Shown here piece after piece: positions 41,520-55,479 of a stretch of 64,000 nucleotides of DNA. The stretch spans positions 41,664,001 to 41,728,000 of the forward strand of contig OX597820.1 in NCBI GenBank assembly GCA_951406725.2, read 5' to 3'. A program made the translations under genes and the position numbers. Under the pieces are notes generated by a model. That model had not been told where the DNA came from, ran no database searches, and saw only the letters and a program-made list of their open reading frames with translations. How positions within the stretch are numbered: the first letter of the stretch is position 1; every line of letters starts with the position of its first letter. Source of the stretch: Octopus vulgaris (lineage: Eukaryota).

Positions 41520-42234
41520 AAAATAGAATAACTTTGTCTTTGGTAGAGGCCCCGAAGCCAGACAAACTTGAAAAGATCTATGCAAGTTCATCATTTTCTT
41601 GCCGGTATATCAAATATATATTACAGAATATATATTACTATGTTTTCTATTCATAATGTTATTAACGTTATTCCAGTTATCAGGTCTTTGTATAACATGA
41701 CTGTTAGCATATTACTAATTAATTAATTACTAACTTATATACTGACATAGTTTAATATATTCAAAAGCGAAGAAATGAAAAAGTAAAGTATTAAGATTTG
41801 AATATGGCATATAAAAGAATGTGAATCTATGTAGTATGTAAAAAAAAAAAAAAAAAACACTGAAAATACAGAGATAATAGCGTATCATAGCACTGCCTGT
41901 CACTTTACAGATTTTATCTTTGTTTTGTACAATGTACTTGAATATCAGAACAAAACAAGTTCATTTTCCAGCTAAAATGCTGAAGAAACAATTACCTTCC
42001 AACACATTCCTTTCTGTTTTGATTTTTTCCAAAACGAATATACAGGCATGCAGACGATCACACACACACACACATAAATGTGTGCGGGCGGACATGCAGT
42101 CGTAGTCACACGTGTACGCACGTGATTTATATATTGATTTAGTATCGATCTATTGGATCTTGTACATTATTCTAGGATGTCCTACAAAATACACCATTCT
42201 CTATTTTTACTAATGAACAATCCAGATTGTGTAC

Positions 42235-42267
<33 letters not shown>

Positions 42268-42815
42268 TGCTTTTATGCATTTCTTTTCCTGTTATCTTTC
42301 TTCTTTTATTTTTTACTTTGTCTCTCTGTCCTCTGTCCAACCAACTACCAGAATATTTATAAATTCGCTTTTTACTATACTTTTCATACATGTGGAAATT
42401 CAACCAACAATAACTGAAAAAAATAGGGACTATCTATCTAAAGATATCCTAAAAGAAATAAATAAAAAAATTGCTGAAACAGTGTTCTCCTGGAATAAAA
42501 ATGAATTTATTCATATATAGTATTTATACGTGTCTTGAGAGCGAAAGCAATTCAAAAACACCGTGTAATGATGAAAATTCAGAATTGTTTTTTCATTCTT
42601 TTATACATGCTTGCACATTGACATACTTCTGATCGAAAGAAAGAATGATGATTGAAAGGAAAAGGTAGAGTCCTTCTCTGTGTATTTGTACATACGTTAC
42701 ATTACAAATAAAATCTGTACCCCAAAACATTGCACACACATAATGCAGTGGATGGCCATATTACGGGTTCGAATATGTCTCAAGCACATTTAAACTTGTA
42801 AGAAGTTTATATATA

Positions 42816-42856
<41 letters not shown>

Positions 42857-42879
42857 GTTGCCCAAGTTTTTATCAGTCA

Positions 42880-43154
42880 GAAAGTTACGTTCCGAAGCAC
42901 AAGTCTGGGTTAGGTTGATTGTGGAAGACTAGCTTCCGCTCTCCACGCCACCGATGTTATCCAACAGAAAGGTAAAGGCCGAAACAGCTTGACACCAGTG
43001 CTATCGCAACCCATTTCTACAGCTGAATGAACTGGAGCAACGTGAAATAAAGTGTCTTATTCAAAGACACTACACACAGCCCAGCCCGGGAATCGAACTC
43101 ACTACCTCATGATTGTGAGCTCAACAGTCTAACTATTAAGTCATACGTCTTTAC
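42880..43154 (-). mobile_element. SINE family C head and core with a different 3' body (C2)
   Basis: Shares CAGCTGA.TG.ACTGGAGCAACGTGAAATAAAGTGTCTT and GGGAATCGAACTCAC with family C, but the 3' ~130 nt differ. Confidence 0.75.
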
Positions 43155-43250
43155 TGCCATTTATTAGGCAATAGATTAATAAAGTGGGGATATTAACTTA
43201 TATATTTGGATCATCACAGTGAATTGGTGTTGTTACCAAATAGTTTCATA

Positions 43251-43670
43251 GGATCTTTTTCGGTTTGAACGGCAGTTTTTAACATAATTTCTAGGTAACT
43301 AAAAATTTTTTAAATTCGTAAACTGGTAGAATGTGTTTATAAAACATCTTTTTCTCTTGGCTTTATTGAGAAAATTCTATAGTTTGTAAGATATTTGTTG
43401 TTGTTATTCTTCAATTTCTGCAATTTCAACCAATCACTGACGTCTATTGAGGTAAAAGGCATTCTGTGCCGTATGAATATGTCTCTCGTTTAAGAAACAG
43501 ATTGGGTCTATTTACATTTGTAAAGAAAAGAAAGATACCTTTCCTCCCACCCCTAACCCTAACCCTAAAACAGATTGAAATGCAATACATCGATACTAGG
43601 GTCGTAATTATGGATGACAATTTCATATGACACCGCTAGAAAAAAACTGCCGTTCAAATCGAAAAGATCC
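43251..43670. mobile_element. MITE with ~30-bp TIRs, 8-bp TSD and internal (CCCTAA)3; possibly Merlin-like
   Basis: TIRs GGATCTTTTTCGGTTTGAACGGCAGTTTTT / AAAAAACTGCCGTTCAAATCGAAAAGATCC; flanks GTTTCATA (43243-43250) and GTCTCATA (43671-43678). Confidence 0.88.
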
Positions 43671-44062
43671 GTCTCATATTCAAATATTCGGAAATTACAA
43701 GATGCTATAAATGAATAAGTTGAAAGGGAATTTTGATTATAGCAGTAAGAAGTGCTACTTGGATTTCAAACAGAACATCACATAAATACATATCAACATT
43801 CACGAATGCCCGGACACATGCCCGAACGTACACCCCATTCGCCCTAATTATATATAAGAATGTAGGTTGCAAGGAAAGGTAGACAGATGGAGATCTCGCA
43901 GTCTAGTTCAGGGAAATATATACATGTATATAGATATGTATACGTACATAGGTTCCCCCTACTATGGTCGTATTTTCTCGAATATCATGTGCATTGCATT
44001 TTCTATTTACTTATGTCTGACGAGATTTATATATACTATGCTGTAATATTACATAATCATAA

Positions 44063-44269
44063 GGCAGCAAGCTAGCAGAATCGTTAGCGCGCCAGGCAAA
44101 ATGCTTAGAGTCATTTTGTGCAACTTTATATTATGAGTTCAAATTCTGTCGAGACCAACTTTGTCTTTCGGGGTTGGTAAAATAAGTACCACTTGAGCAC
44201 TGAGATTAATGTAATTGAGTTACTTACTGTCCCGAAATTGCTGGCTTTGTGCCAAAATATGAAACCAAC
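44063..44269 (+). mobile_element. SINE family B (B2 tail), full length
   Basis: GGCAGCAAGCTAGCAGAATCGTTAGCGCGCC...GAGTTCAAATTC...CCCGAAATTGCTGGCTTTGTGCCAAAATATGAAACCAA. Confidence 0.88.
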
Positions 44270-44332
44270 ATTATTATTTATAATCATGTAAAATAATAAC
44301 TCAAACGCTCCATTATTGGATTTACGGTATAT

Positions 44333-44547
44333 ACTCTTTACTCTTTTACTTGTTTCAGTCATTTAACTGCGGCCATGCTGGAGCACCGCCTTTAGTCGAG
44401 CAAATCGACCCCAGGACTTATTCTTTGTGAGCCCAGTACTAATTCTATTGGTCTCTTTTGCCGAACCGCTAAGTGACGGGGACGTAAACACACCAGCATC
44501 GGTTGTCAAGCAATGCTAGGGGGACAAACACAGACACACAAACACAC

Positions 44548-44607
<60 letters not shown>

Positions 44608-44756
44608 GACAGGCTTCTTTCAGTTTCCGTCTACCAAATCCACTCACAAGGCATTGGTCGGCCCGGGGCTATAGCAGAAGACACTTGCCCAAGATGCCAC
44701 GCAGTGGGACTGAACCCGGAACCCGGAACTACTTAATACACACCCACTCCTGTGCC
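44333..44756 (-). mobile_element. SINE family A, full length
   Basis: Near identical to 24156-24566; a small AACCCGG duplication/deletion lies in the head. Confidence 0.93.
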
Positions 44757-44899
44757 TATATAGTAGTCTCTTGTAGTCCGAGAAAGACCGGTTTGCAATT
44801 TCTTGCTGAACCTACGCAAATGACACGCTTATAGTGATCGAATGTTTCTGGTGAACATTAATTCATTCCATCTATCAAATTGACGTTGCCTGAAGAGAT

Positions 44900-45005
44900 G
44901 CACGGTCTACATATCAGGCAAAGCAAATTGAGTGTATTGCTCCAGAACTTAACGCAACATTCAGTCCAGGAATTGAAACCACGATCTCGAGTGTACGACC
45001 ACACG
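44900..45005 (-). mobile_element. Degenerate tRNA-headed SINE fragment (family C-like)
   Basis: TTGCTCCAGAACTTAACGCA...CCAGGAATTGAAACCACGATC resembles the head at 55480-55620. Confidence 0.5.
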
Positions 45006-46314
45006 ATGTGTGTAAGTATATGTATGTACGTATATACACATATATACACATATATCGATGTGTTTGTGCGTGGGTGTATCTTAATGTCATTGTCAGATGA
45101 AGCAGAGTAGAATCCTTGGTATTTCTAGGTAATTCGTATCAAGTGTTGATATACCTAGAGAGGAAACATGTTTCGAATGATTGGATGAAAGAGGGGAATA
45201 GATGAGAAACAACAAATGAAATTAAGAGTTAAGGAGTGGATATAAATGAAAAAAAAACACAAAACAGAAAAAATTTTAAAATTGGATCCAAAGGGAGTAT
45301 ACGAGTTGATATATTGTTTGTAATATAGACAGTGATAGATAAACAACTACTAGTAAAAAAAAAATTAATATTTCAAGGAAGCATATATGCTATTTTATTT
45401 TTAATGATTAGATAGATTTTGAGCTAAAGCTTACTAAGCGAGAGATCGACATATTATTAGAATAAAGTACGACAGAAAAGAGAAAACGAAATTATGGTGA
45501 ATGAGTGACGGATAGACTGGAAAAAGAGAGCCTAAGATAAACTGACTGAAAGTATGAATTAAAAGCGCAGAAAGAAGGAATGGAAGAATGAATAAAAATA
45601 GGAAAGCAGGAATGCGTAAAGAGAAGGGGTAGGTGAGGAGAGGCATTAGAAAAATGGAATAGAATAGATAAATAACGAGGAAACAATCTTGTTAAAGAAC
45701 TACTATTACAGAGAGATGACATTATTGAGAGGTGCAAGGGAACTATTTAGATTTTCATTCAAATAAAATTAAGGAAGATGGAAAAGAATGTATAAAAGAA
45801 GAAGAAAACCAGAAATAAAAGTTTGGTAAATTGGTAGCTATTTCAAATTGGTAGCACTTGAATAACGAGAAATTTCTATGGAATGTTTTATCAATGACGG
45901 AAATTGAAAGTTCGATTCCTTCGTGATTAGCTTTTAAATAATGTCTTCGTGGCAAACCTGTTTGTTTTTCCAGCTTGAAGTTTGCAGGAACTTCTATCCA
46001 TTGGAAGTTCAATCCCATGTTCTATTAAATGTTGGGTGATATTATTTTTCTTTTTAAATAATAACGACATTGCCATATCTATACAACATCAAAGCAAGTA
46101 TGACTAAGCCCATATGCTGCACTTAATGAATAACAAATAATGCCGTTGAGCATGCAGAATATACGTGGGCAAACGTATATGTGTATATGCATATATTATG
46201 CATACAAATATATATATTTATATACATATACATACATACATGTACATACAGGAATTTTTATAGATATATGTATGTGCCTATATACATAATTTAATAGATA
46301 TTTATATATGTGTT

Positions 46315-46353
<39 letters not shown>

Positions 46354-46466
46354 GCACATAATGTATGTTTGTATGTGTCTGTATATGCATTACATAGTTA
46401 AGTACATATTCTTGTCTGTTTTTCTGTGTGTGTGTGTGCGTGTGTGTGTACATACGTGTGTGTGTT

Positions 46467-46497
<31 letters not shown>

Positions 46498-46799
46498 AAG
46501 AAAGAAAGAAAGAGTGAGTGAGTGAGTGAGTCAACTTTGACAACGAAATGGTTGACCGTGATTTCGAATTTTCTGCTAGCCCGCCTGCGACAGTTGTGCC
46601 CTATGTATTTTGGAGTTTTGACTTGATATATTCTTTAGCAATTTACTTTGAGGGGTAGGTGGTGATACGAGTTGCATTCTAGAAAGTTTGAGACTTTTGG
46701 GTAAAGGCAGTTATAATTACCCAAGATTTTGCTGAGGTTTAGTGTCACATTTAGTCCTATAAAAGTCTCATACAAACAACAAAATGTGTGTGTGTCTGT

Positions 46800-46960
46800 G
46801 TGTGTACGATGCTTCTTTATGTTTTCCGCTTCAACAACCACCCATAAACCTTTGGTCAGCCCGAGCATATAGTAGAAGATACATGTGCAATGTGCCACAA
46901 AGTGGGAGTGACCCGGGAAACGTAGTTAGAAAGCAAAAGTCTTGCCACACCGGCATGCTT
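46800..46960 (-). mobile_element. SINE family A, degenerate 5' half
   Basis: CTTTGGTCAGCCCGAGCATATAGTAGAAGATAC...GTGCCACA..GTGGGA.TGACCCGG. Confidence 0.65.
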
Positions 46961-47282
46961 GTGCATGTATATGTGTCAGTGTGTGGACGATTTGGAAATT
47001 GTAAGTTTAATTTCGAATAGGAGTCTTATGAGCACGTGTAGCAGATTAGTACTTTAAACTGATGAGGTAATTTGGTGAATGTATTCTCAACTACATTATA
47101 TACCACATCTATATGTTCATTACACTTTTAATACTTTGATATTTTTATCGATACTATTAGAATAATGGTTTCACTATTAGTGCCACTGATAGAAGAAGCT
47201 GGTGAACAAATGTGCATGAGTGTTTACCAGAAAATATCTGCGTGTTCGTGTTCGTCCACATTCTGTTATACACATACACACA

Positions 47283-47520
47283 CGTCCTTGAGCTAGGCCC
47301 TTTATTTCTTGTTGTTTCAGTCCACTCAGCTGGCAAAAGTGAGTTGCCCCTGTAATTCAAAGGGTCCCCCTTTGTCACACTCTGTCTCATGTTGAATCTC
47401 CCTCAGAACTACGTTAACGGTATGCCTGTCTAAGGTGTGCTCTGCCTCTTGCACATAAAGTTCACGAGTAGGCTGTTCGGTTGACGGATTCAGCTGGAAT
47501 CCTTGCCGTTGTAATCGACC
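47283..47520 (+). mobile_element. SINE family C, 5'-truncated
   Basis: GTCCTTGAGC...CAGTCCACTCAGCTGGCAAAA...TTGTCACACT...GAACTACGTTAA...TTCACGAG. Confidence 0.82.
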
Positions 47521-48331
47521 TTGCTCTTTGTGAATAATAATTATAAGTACATATATTCATCCGTTTTCAAATGTAATTTTGCAGACGAGTGTCATCTTAG
47601 TCCTATTCTTTCACGTCATCTTCCCCGTCTTCTTACAACAGTGTAATCGTCAATAAAATTATGTCAAAAGTTATAGTGATGCAACTTAAAATTAGGGAAA
47701 AAGAAAAACAGATGAAAACGTAAAGATGTATTTTAAACAGTAATCTAGAATGATTTTCTGTTGCCTTCACCTGTATACATACATGAACAGGTTAATTACA
47801 TTGAACTAAGTTGCTGAACACCTCTTGCGGTTGAAGTGTGAGCAAGTACCTTCATTGTATTAAATATAGCTTAGTTTTTAATTGCTAGGTTCACAGCAGA
47901 TTGGTTGAACTTCAGCGCGTCATGCTGAATTCTGTACTGTGATTAGTTATGTCCCTTCCCATTCAGTATCCGTTCCGGTGTACACTTTATTTCATCATCC
48001 TTGGGTCAAAAAGGATGCACTGAAGCAGAAATTTTGAGAAATATGTTCTATGAAAACTAAATTACATCTCTTTCCGTTTGGGGTTCAAATACGATAGATG
48101 TCAACATCCTTTTCATAAATCTAACACTGAATTACCAGATTAAATCTTAACCTGTTCATCCATACACTCTGCAATATTTGAGAATTATAAAAAAATGATG
48201 TCAATGTTATAAATTATTATGTTCATAACTATGTAAAGTTTTACAATTTCAATGCTTGTCTAATTAGCAGTTAAATATATTCTTGGGATGGTAAATATAT
48301 CATTGACTCAGTTTTTGTTACATTTGAAACC

Positions 48332-48751
48332 CGCAGGAGTGGCTTTGTCGTAAGTAGCTTGTTTACCAACCACATGGTTCCAGGTTCAGTCCCACTGCGT
48401 GGCACCTTCGGCAAGTGTCTTCTACCATAGCCTCGCGCCGACCAAAGCCTTGTGAGTTGATTTGGTAGACGGAAACTGAAAAGAAGCCCGTCGTATATAT
48501 GTATATATATATATGTATGTGTGTATGTGTGTGTATCTGTGTTTGTCCCCCTAGTATTGCTTGACAACCGATGCTGGTGTGTTTGTGTCTCCGTCACTTA
48601 GCGGTTCGGCAAAAGGGACCGATAGAATAAGTACTGGGCTTACAAAGAATAAGTCCCGGGGTCGAGTGAATTGCTCGATTAAAGGCGGTGCTCCAGCATG
48701 GCCGCAGTCAAATGACTGAAACAAGTAAAAGAGTAAATGAGTAAAAAGAGT
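48332..48751 (+). mobile_element. SINE family A, full length
   Basis: Complete head to (GTAAAAGA)n tail. Confidence 0.95.
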
Positions 48752-50149
48752 ATATATTAATATTAGTACCAGTGTATTCGTAAACAAAACATTATATTTT
48801 TTTTTTCTACTCAAGATGCAAACCGAAATAACAGAGGGTCGAAGAAAATAAGTGTGCCGAGTATGGTGCTAAGCTGTAGAAAAAACAAAGTTTCGTCACA
48901 TAAATAACAGTTATATAATTAAATCAATCATATCATTTATGAATTAATCTTCATCGTACATTCAATTTATATTCTATCAATCTATTTGTATTTTTAAATT
49001 ATCCATATAATCATTGCTTTATCTCAACAAGCCAATGTTTCTACTCTTCTTATTTTTGCAGATCTTGCTAGGTTTTGATTTTTGTTTTCTGTTTATGTTT
49101 ATGATTATTTTTCTTTTATTTATGTCTCCCCCACACTCACATATGATTGACTCTCTCTCTCCATATATATATATTTATTTTTTATACTCAGCGCTTTTGT
49201 CCTTTCTTTCACTACTTTCCTCTCCTTCAATTTCTTACGTTTTATTTCATTAATTCCTCAGCCGAGCTACATTTTCTCTACCGCACCTTAACTTCCTGCT
49301 AATCGTGAAAACGGTTTAACGTCGCATCACCTTCTGCTCTTACCAATATCCCATGTCTAATTTTCCGCTAAAAGAATTTGTTCATTTAAAGATCTTTAAT
49401 TAATTGACCAGAAAACACCAGGAGTCCCTTATTTGCAGTTGAAACTTGTTTAGCACTCTTTCTCTTTCTGGTTATTTCACCTTCAATGTCTCTCGGCTTA
49501 TCTGTAATTCTCTAACTTTATCTCTAACCAACCATGCTTTTATAAGACGATTGATACCTCTTCTTCACAGTCTTTTACTTTTCTATCAGAAAGTATTTCG
49601 TATTTTTGTTTTTTTTGTTGTTTTTTTTAATGCAGAATCCCAGCCGCAATTATGGGGACGAAAAGAAGTTTCATCGCGAGAAATGGAAAACAAGTAACTT
49701 CGCAAATTTAGTTTTCGGTAATGTAACACTATTAATAAAATAATTATAATAGTAATGAATCTAAGCAGCTAATTATCCATTGTACCGAACTAATTCGAAA
49801 CAAACCATAAGAATCAACTTTTGCCATGTATAATTTTTTTTTTTTAAATTTAGTTATTTTCGTACGTCTCCCTGACATAGTCAATATAATATTGACCACA
49901 ACCATTTCTTCATACTATTTTTGTTTTTTCATTATCTCACTTTGCTTTTCTTTCTCCACGCTTTCTCTCAATGTAGATATGTGTGTGCATACATATATTT
50001 GTGTGTGTGTGTGTGCGTGTGTTTGTAGGTATATATGAATATACACGTGTGTTCCCATCGTTTTTATCGTTTATATATTACTTGTATTTAACCCCACCGC
50101 ACAGTTTTCTTTCTTTAGTCCCCCCTCTCTCTCTTTCTCTGTCTCACTC

Positions 50150-50185
<36 letters not shown>

Positions 50186-50903
50186 CCCATCTCTCGATTT
50201 CTAAATGTGTTCCAGTCTATCTGCCTTCTTTACCTTTCTATTCCTTCCTGCGATTTCCATGTTTACTTTCTTTATTCCTTCCTTTACATTTTTCTTTTCT
50301 CTCACCCCTACACCTCTTCTCAACACACTGTCCATCCATTTACTTCGCATTTTCCCTATAACTTCATAGTTATAGCAAAAAATGTCTACGTCAAATGCAA
50401 CAAAAAAAATTTCAAAAACGAAAGGAAAATCTATATAAACCATCTGCCTCTTCCCTTTATTATCTTCTACTTCTGCTCGTCAGACATTCTCTATAATGAA
50501 ATGATTCCAAAAACATGCTAAAGGGTTGTATGGGGAGTGCTAAACAATTTCGAGAAATTAGATTTCTATTTCCTATAGTGTCGTGTGTTAATGTCCCGAG
50601 CAACACCAACATATTAGATTGCCGACGGTAAGAAATTTACTGTTGGGACCATTTTGATATTATTAAGCGGTGGATGGGTGTAACAACAGTTGCAAGGAGG
50701 GGACTTCACCACAAGTCCTTTATTTTATTGATTCGAGAAGCGCTGTAGCAGTGTGGTGTAAATTCGTTGCAAAGAGGATGGGAGGTCGAGGTGTTTGGAG
50801 TAGACAAGAGGAGGATGTGTTTAGAGAATTCTGATATGATTGCTTTTAGTATCATTGTTAGAAGACGAGCGCCTTTATGGAATGATGTGAAGATGGTTGC
50901 ATG

Positions 50904-50934
<31 letters not shown>

Positions 50935-51225
50935 CGTGGATGGCTGCCTTGATGTGTGAGAAGATGGATGTGTGAAATAGATAAATGGATGGATAGGTAG
51001 ATGGAAGAAAGTTGATCTGCTGTTGATCACCAGGAGGTAAAAGAGTAGTGTGAATTGAGGTAACATTTATGATATTTAGAATTTTCGACTAATAGTAAAT
51101 AAGCTAAATTAAATACATATATCAACTTTATTTTATTTATTAGAGATGCAGCAGATAGCTAAGAAAGAAGGGTACATATTAAATGCTTTTATGATCGACT
51201 ATCCAAATTTGCATAATCAGTGGCC

Positions 51226-51273
<48 letters not shown>

Positions 51274-51749
51274 CATTATTATTATTATCATTATTATTAC
51301 CGCTGGCGTTTAAAGTGTATATTAACGATAATTATTTCTCTTGAAGGCCAGAAAATACAGCTCCACTCAACTGTCGACAAATCTTGTTCGCCACAAGACT
51401 TGAGACAAAGAAATGATACACTAGCCGTAAATATGGGACGGTGTTGCCACGCTACTACGCATGTAACGAGTCTAGATTGCATCCAAGAAAATGCTATTTG
51501 ACTGATTAACAAAAGATCAATGACCAACACATTACAATCGTTATTCCACACAGTCTTACACTTTTGCTACAATGGTTTCTCCTCGGGGCTTGGGAGCTGC
51601 CGTACCACCGCTGTCCACGCTCAGATGAAACCACATCGCTCCTTCTCTCAGCATGAACTTTGAATCCACACTTTTAGACTTCACACTAACAAGCAGATAA
51701 AAACCAACCATCTAAAACGTCAACCCTCTGAAAGTTCGTTCCTGCTTAC

Positions 51750-51776
51750 GGATTTCCCGTAGCCGTTGACTTGCAG
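51750..51776 (-). other. Candidate 27-nt exon (LQVNGYGKS if phase 0) within a unique GC-richer island
   Basis: Minus strand reads gtttaacttttgcag|CTGCAAGTCAACGGCTACGGGAAATCC|gtaagc; length is a multiple of 3. Confidence 0.25.
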
Positions 51777-54700
51777 CTGCAAAAGTTAAACAAGTCGAAG
51801 TACATTGAAAATTTTTAAAGCTTCTGATCGAAATTCTTAAATTACGGTAGTTGCTATCATTGTACGGATATTTTGCCCTTTTTCATTTTTGTCTTCGCAG
51901 GATAAATCATCTAGATTCAACTATTATATCCTTCATATACTACAGCATATACATTGAGGTAGATTTAAAGTATTGTAACAATTTCGTAAATATTTATTAG
52001 TTTGTGTCGTTGTGTAAGTGTTTCTTTTTGTCTAGAGAGACCAAAACTGGAGAGAGAAATAGTTACAGGAAGAAAAAGAGATGTTGGAATGATTGGAGGA
52101 ATGAAATAACGATAGAAAGTGCGACAAGGCTGAATATAAACTGGAAGGAAAGAGAAATGAAATTAGAAAAAAAAAAAAAGACAGAACACAAGGAATCGAG
52201 TATTTAGTTATGGAAACAGAAATTGATGAAAATGGAATGAAAGGAAGAAAATGCGGACGAATATATATGAGAGTAAAAGAAATGAAAGAAACGGACAAAC
52301 ATGAATGATAAAATGACAACTCGGAATAAAGGAGGAGAGAATAGAAGAAGCAAAGCAACTCACGGCTAAACTAGCACGACGTTAAAACAAAAAGAGATAC
52401 AGTGAAAGAAAGATAGGAATAGAATGATAGGAAAGTAAAATGAAAGATCAATTGCTTGAGAAAGAGAATGAAAACGACGGGAACAGAGACTGATTTAAAA
52501 TGCAATAGCAAAAACAAAAATGGAATACACATAGCACAATAGAAAGGGTGGGGAAGAAGGTAAAATAATAAAACAGGAGAAAGACGAAAGATAATAAAAT
52601 AATTAGATAAAAGTAAATGTGATTTTTCTATGCATCAGTTGAAGCTGACGAAATGCGAATAAGCGCGTTCCCCTGCATGAGTGACTGTGTGTCATGTATG
52701 CAATAGAGCAGATGTCTAAGTGTTGATATCTATGTGATGATAAAGCAGTGGTCTCCTATAGCCAGCGTGTTTTAAAATAGTCCGACATGTCTGCCGTTAC
52801 GACGTGCCAGTGATTTTCGTTGGCTTGTGTCCTCCTCACAAACTTTCTTTTACATAGTTATGTTATAGTTATGCATAAACTGCAGCTGATGTATTTTCAC
52901 ATTACTCAAGCGAACATATGCAAAAACGTAATGAAGAGAGATTGAGGAAAGTGAAAGTGAATGTGTGCGTATGTGTGTATTTGTGTGTATGAGAGATGGA
53001 GAGAGAGAGAGAGAGAGTTGTTAAGAGAGAATTACATTGAGAGAGCGTCGATGTGAGGAAAATCTGCGTGTAACATCAGTGTGGTGATGATGGTTGAGCA
53101 GTTGATGGTGAGATGTAGTCACAATAGCAGTGATGTCTTGGGTAATACAATATCATCGATGTAATTGACATTATATTACATGGTCGTATGCATACGAATG
53201 CATATGAATGTTTAAATGTGTCTTAAATCAGTTATCGAAGTATATGTTGGAGGTGTGTGTATGTGTGTGTGTGTGTGTATACATTTATGTGTATGTGTGT
53301 ATACAAAAGAGTGTGAACAGATGGATGTATGGACTATTATAGTTCTTATTGTTGTAGTCATTGCTGAAATTCTTGAAGGTGGGCTGCAAGCAGCAATAAT
53401 TTAGTTCAGCAAAGTGGTAATAGTATTCAATGTTACTGGTTCTATTAATTTTATTTTAGAGTGATGATGTAAGTAATTGAATATTCTCGCTCAAAATATT
53501 GATATATTACATAGGCAGTATGCATAAGATTTATAATGAAGGGAGGAAATCAGATTGTTTTACGTTCCTGTTTTTCTCAAGGGCAATAAAATTGTAAGTG
53601 AAACGAAAATGATACAATCGGGAATTGAAATCGGGTTCCAGTCTCGTTTTAACCGGACCTTATCTCTAAAATGACACTCATCATTCTTGACTGTTTATTT
53701 TCTCTCTTTTTTGTTTGTTATTTTTCTTTTTTTATATTCACGACTGGGGCACACATGCTCTACATTTTACAAGCTTGAGAATTAGATATGTAGTACATAT
53801 GCATTTCCTAGAAAGATAATTATTTACACTAGACCCGTGTATTCCAGAGAAACTAATCTATCTTATGATGACAGGTGACTAGTGTCGTAGCCAGAAGAAA
53901 CTTTTCCTCATTCATTACAAAATAACGGGTATTCAATAGTTTGGTAAAAGAAACGCAGTTGAATTGACGATATCACCATATTGAACATTTTGTCTATCTG
54001 AAAAATAATCGGAAAGTTATAAATAACGTTAGTACCACTCATTACTTAACTGCATTGGTCATAAGCAGAGTGACTGTATCGAAAGCTTCGCACCATTACA
54101 ACAATCAACCTCAGCAACAACTGCTGAGTAGTTACAGCCACCCATAATAAGAACAGCAGTCGATAATTGTGGTTAAGTTGTTATTACCGTTGCTGTTTTT
54201 GATGTTGCTGTTGTTGTTGTTGTTGGTGGTGATGATGATGATGATGTCAACGGTGTCAATGTCGACGATGATGAGGATCTATTTGTATGTTGAAGAATTC
54301 GATCTATAACGTTGATGACATCGAACATCATGTTTCCTCATTAAAGCATTGACCAGTCACATTAAACTCCAACACATTTCGTCACTTCCTTTTCAACACT
54401 GGATCGTTTGCACCCCCAACCAATTCATTTCTGTCAAATAATGCTAATTAGTTCCCGTTAAAGAGAATGAAATCGAGTTCTCGGGTTTTATATATGCTTT
54501 CTTAAAAGTCACAATCCTCGAATTAGCAATACATGACACCCGTTTGCATTACAGAAAAATTATTTCTGAATATTCAAAAAATATCACTTTTATACATTTA
54601 TTTATATTAATCGTATTTAACGATTGCTTTCTGAATTTGTTTGAATATCTTTTAAAAAAAAAAAAAGTAATTGCCATTTGCATTTTGTTCAGCATAGCAA

Positions 54701-55479
54701 CGAGATGAATTTGTCTTTTCCCTAAATCTTACAGGGATCTAATTTTAACAAATAATTTTGTTTTTAAAGCTTTAAATAGCTATGTATGTCTTGATATATT
54801 TTTTTTTCTTTTTATCTTGACATTTTAGATTCGCATTTCGTTCTGATATTTGATTTTTTTTTTTTCTTAAACTGAATAATCTTTTGTTTTATATGCACTA
54901 TATTTAGAATGATATATTTTCCGAACGTGTACAAGTGCTACGTTTTCTCACCTACTCATCTCCCAGGGCTTAATACTTTATTGTTAATTTCTTGTTGTTG
55001 TTGTTTTGCTTTTTTTCTCTCTTAGAACAGTTCCTTCTACACATTCTCTACATCAGGGTCGGTGTAGTGGAACAGAAGGAAAAAAATCTGAGGCCTTGCA
55101 CGAGTGCTTTCGCTAAAAGTACCCGAATCAGGATGATGATTTTAAAAGCGCAGAAATTCACTTTAAATTGAAAAAAAAAAAATTCAATATTTCAGTTACT
55201 TTTTAGCGATCAATGTGAAGTTCCTTGTATTTAGATAATATCTTCAGATACATGACCATATGTTTGTATCATAAGTATAATGAAGGTGGAATTTTGGATG
55301 ACAGTCTCGATTCAACTGAAAATAATGCCAAGATGACTGAAGTTTGGACCCGAGATAGAATATTTCACAGATTTCAGGTTGAAAACCGGGTAAGGATGAA
55401 AGAGAAAATTTCTTCCCGATTCATTTCGCCTCATAGGGCCGGTTTCTCGGTTTTCGTGGCGTAAATATGCACCAGCATT

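Noticed and set aside
42922-42932. TGGAAGACTAG, identical to the 5' half of miR-7
   Set aside because: The match stops at 11 nt, lies in a SINE body and has no precursor hairpin.
43551-43568. (CCCTAA)3 as a telomere or fusion site
   Set aside because: Only three units, and internal to a MITE.
47059-47080. Other isolated CTGATGA/CTGAAGA matches (also ~5490, ~58069)
   Set aside because: No stem II plus GAAA plus stem I arrangement, so not hammerheads.
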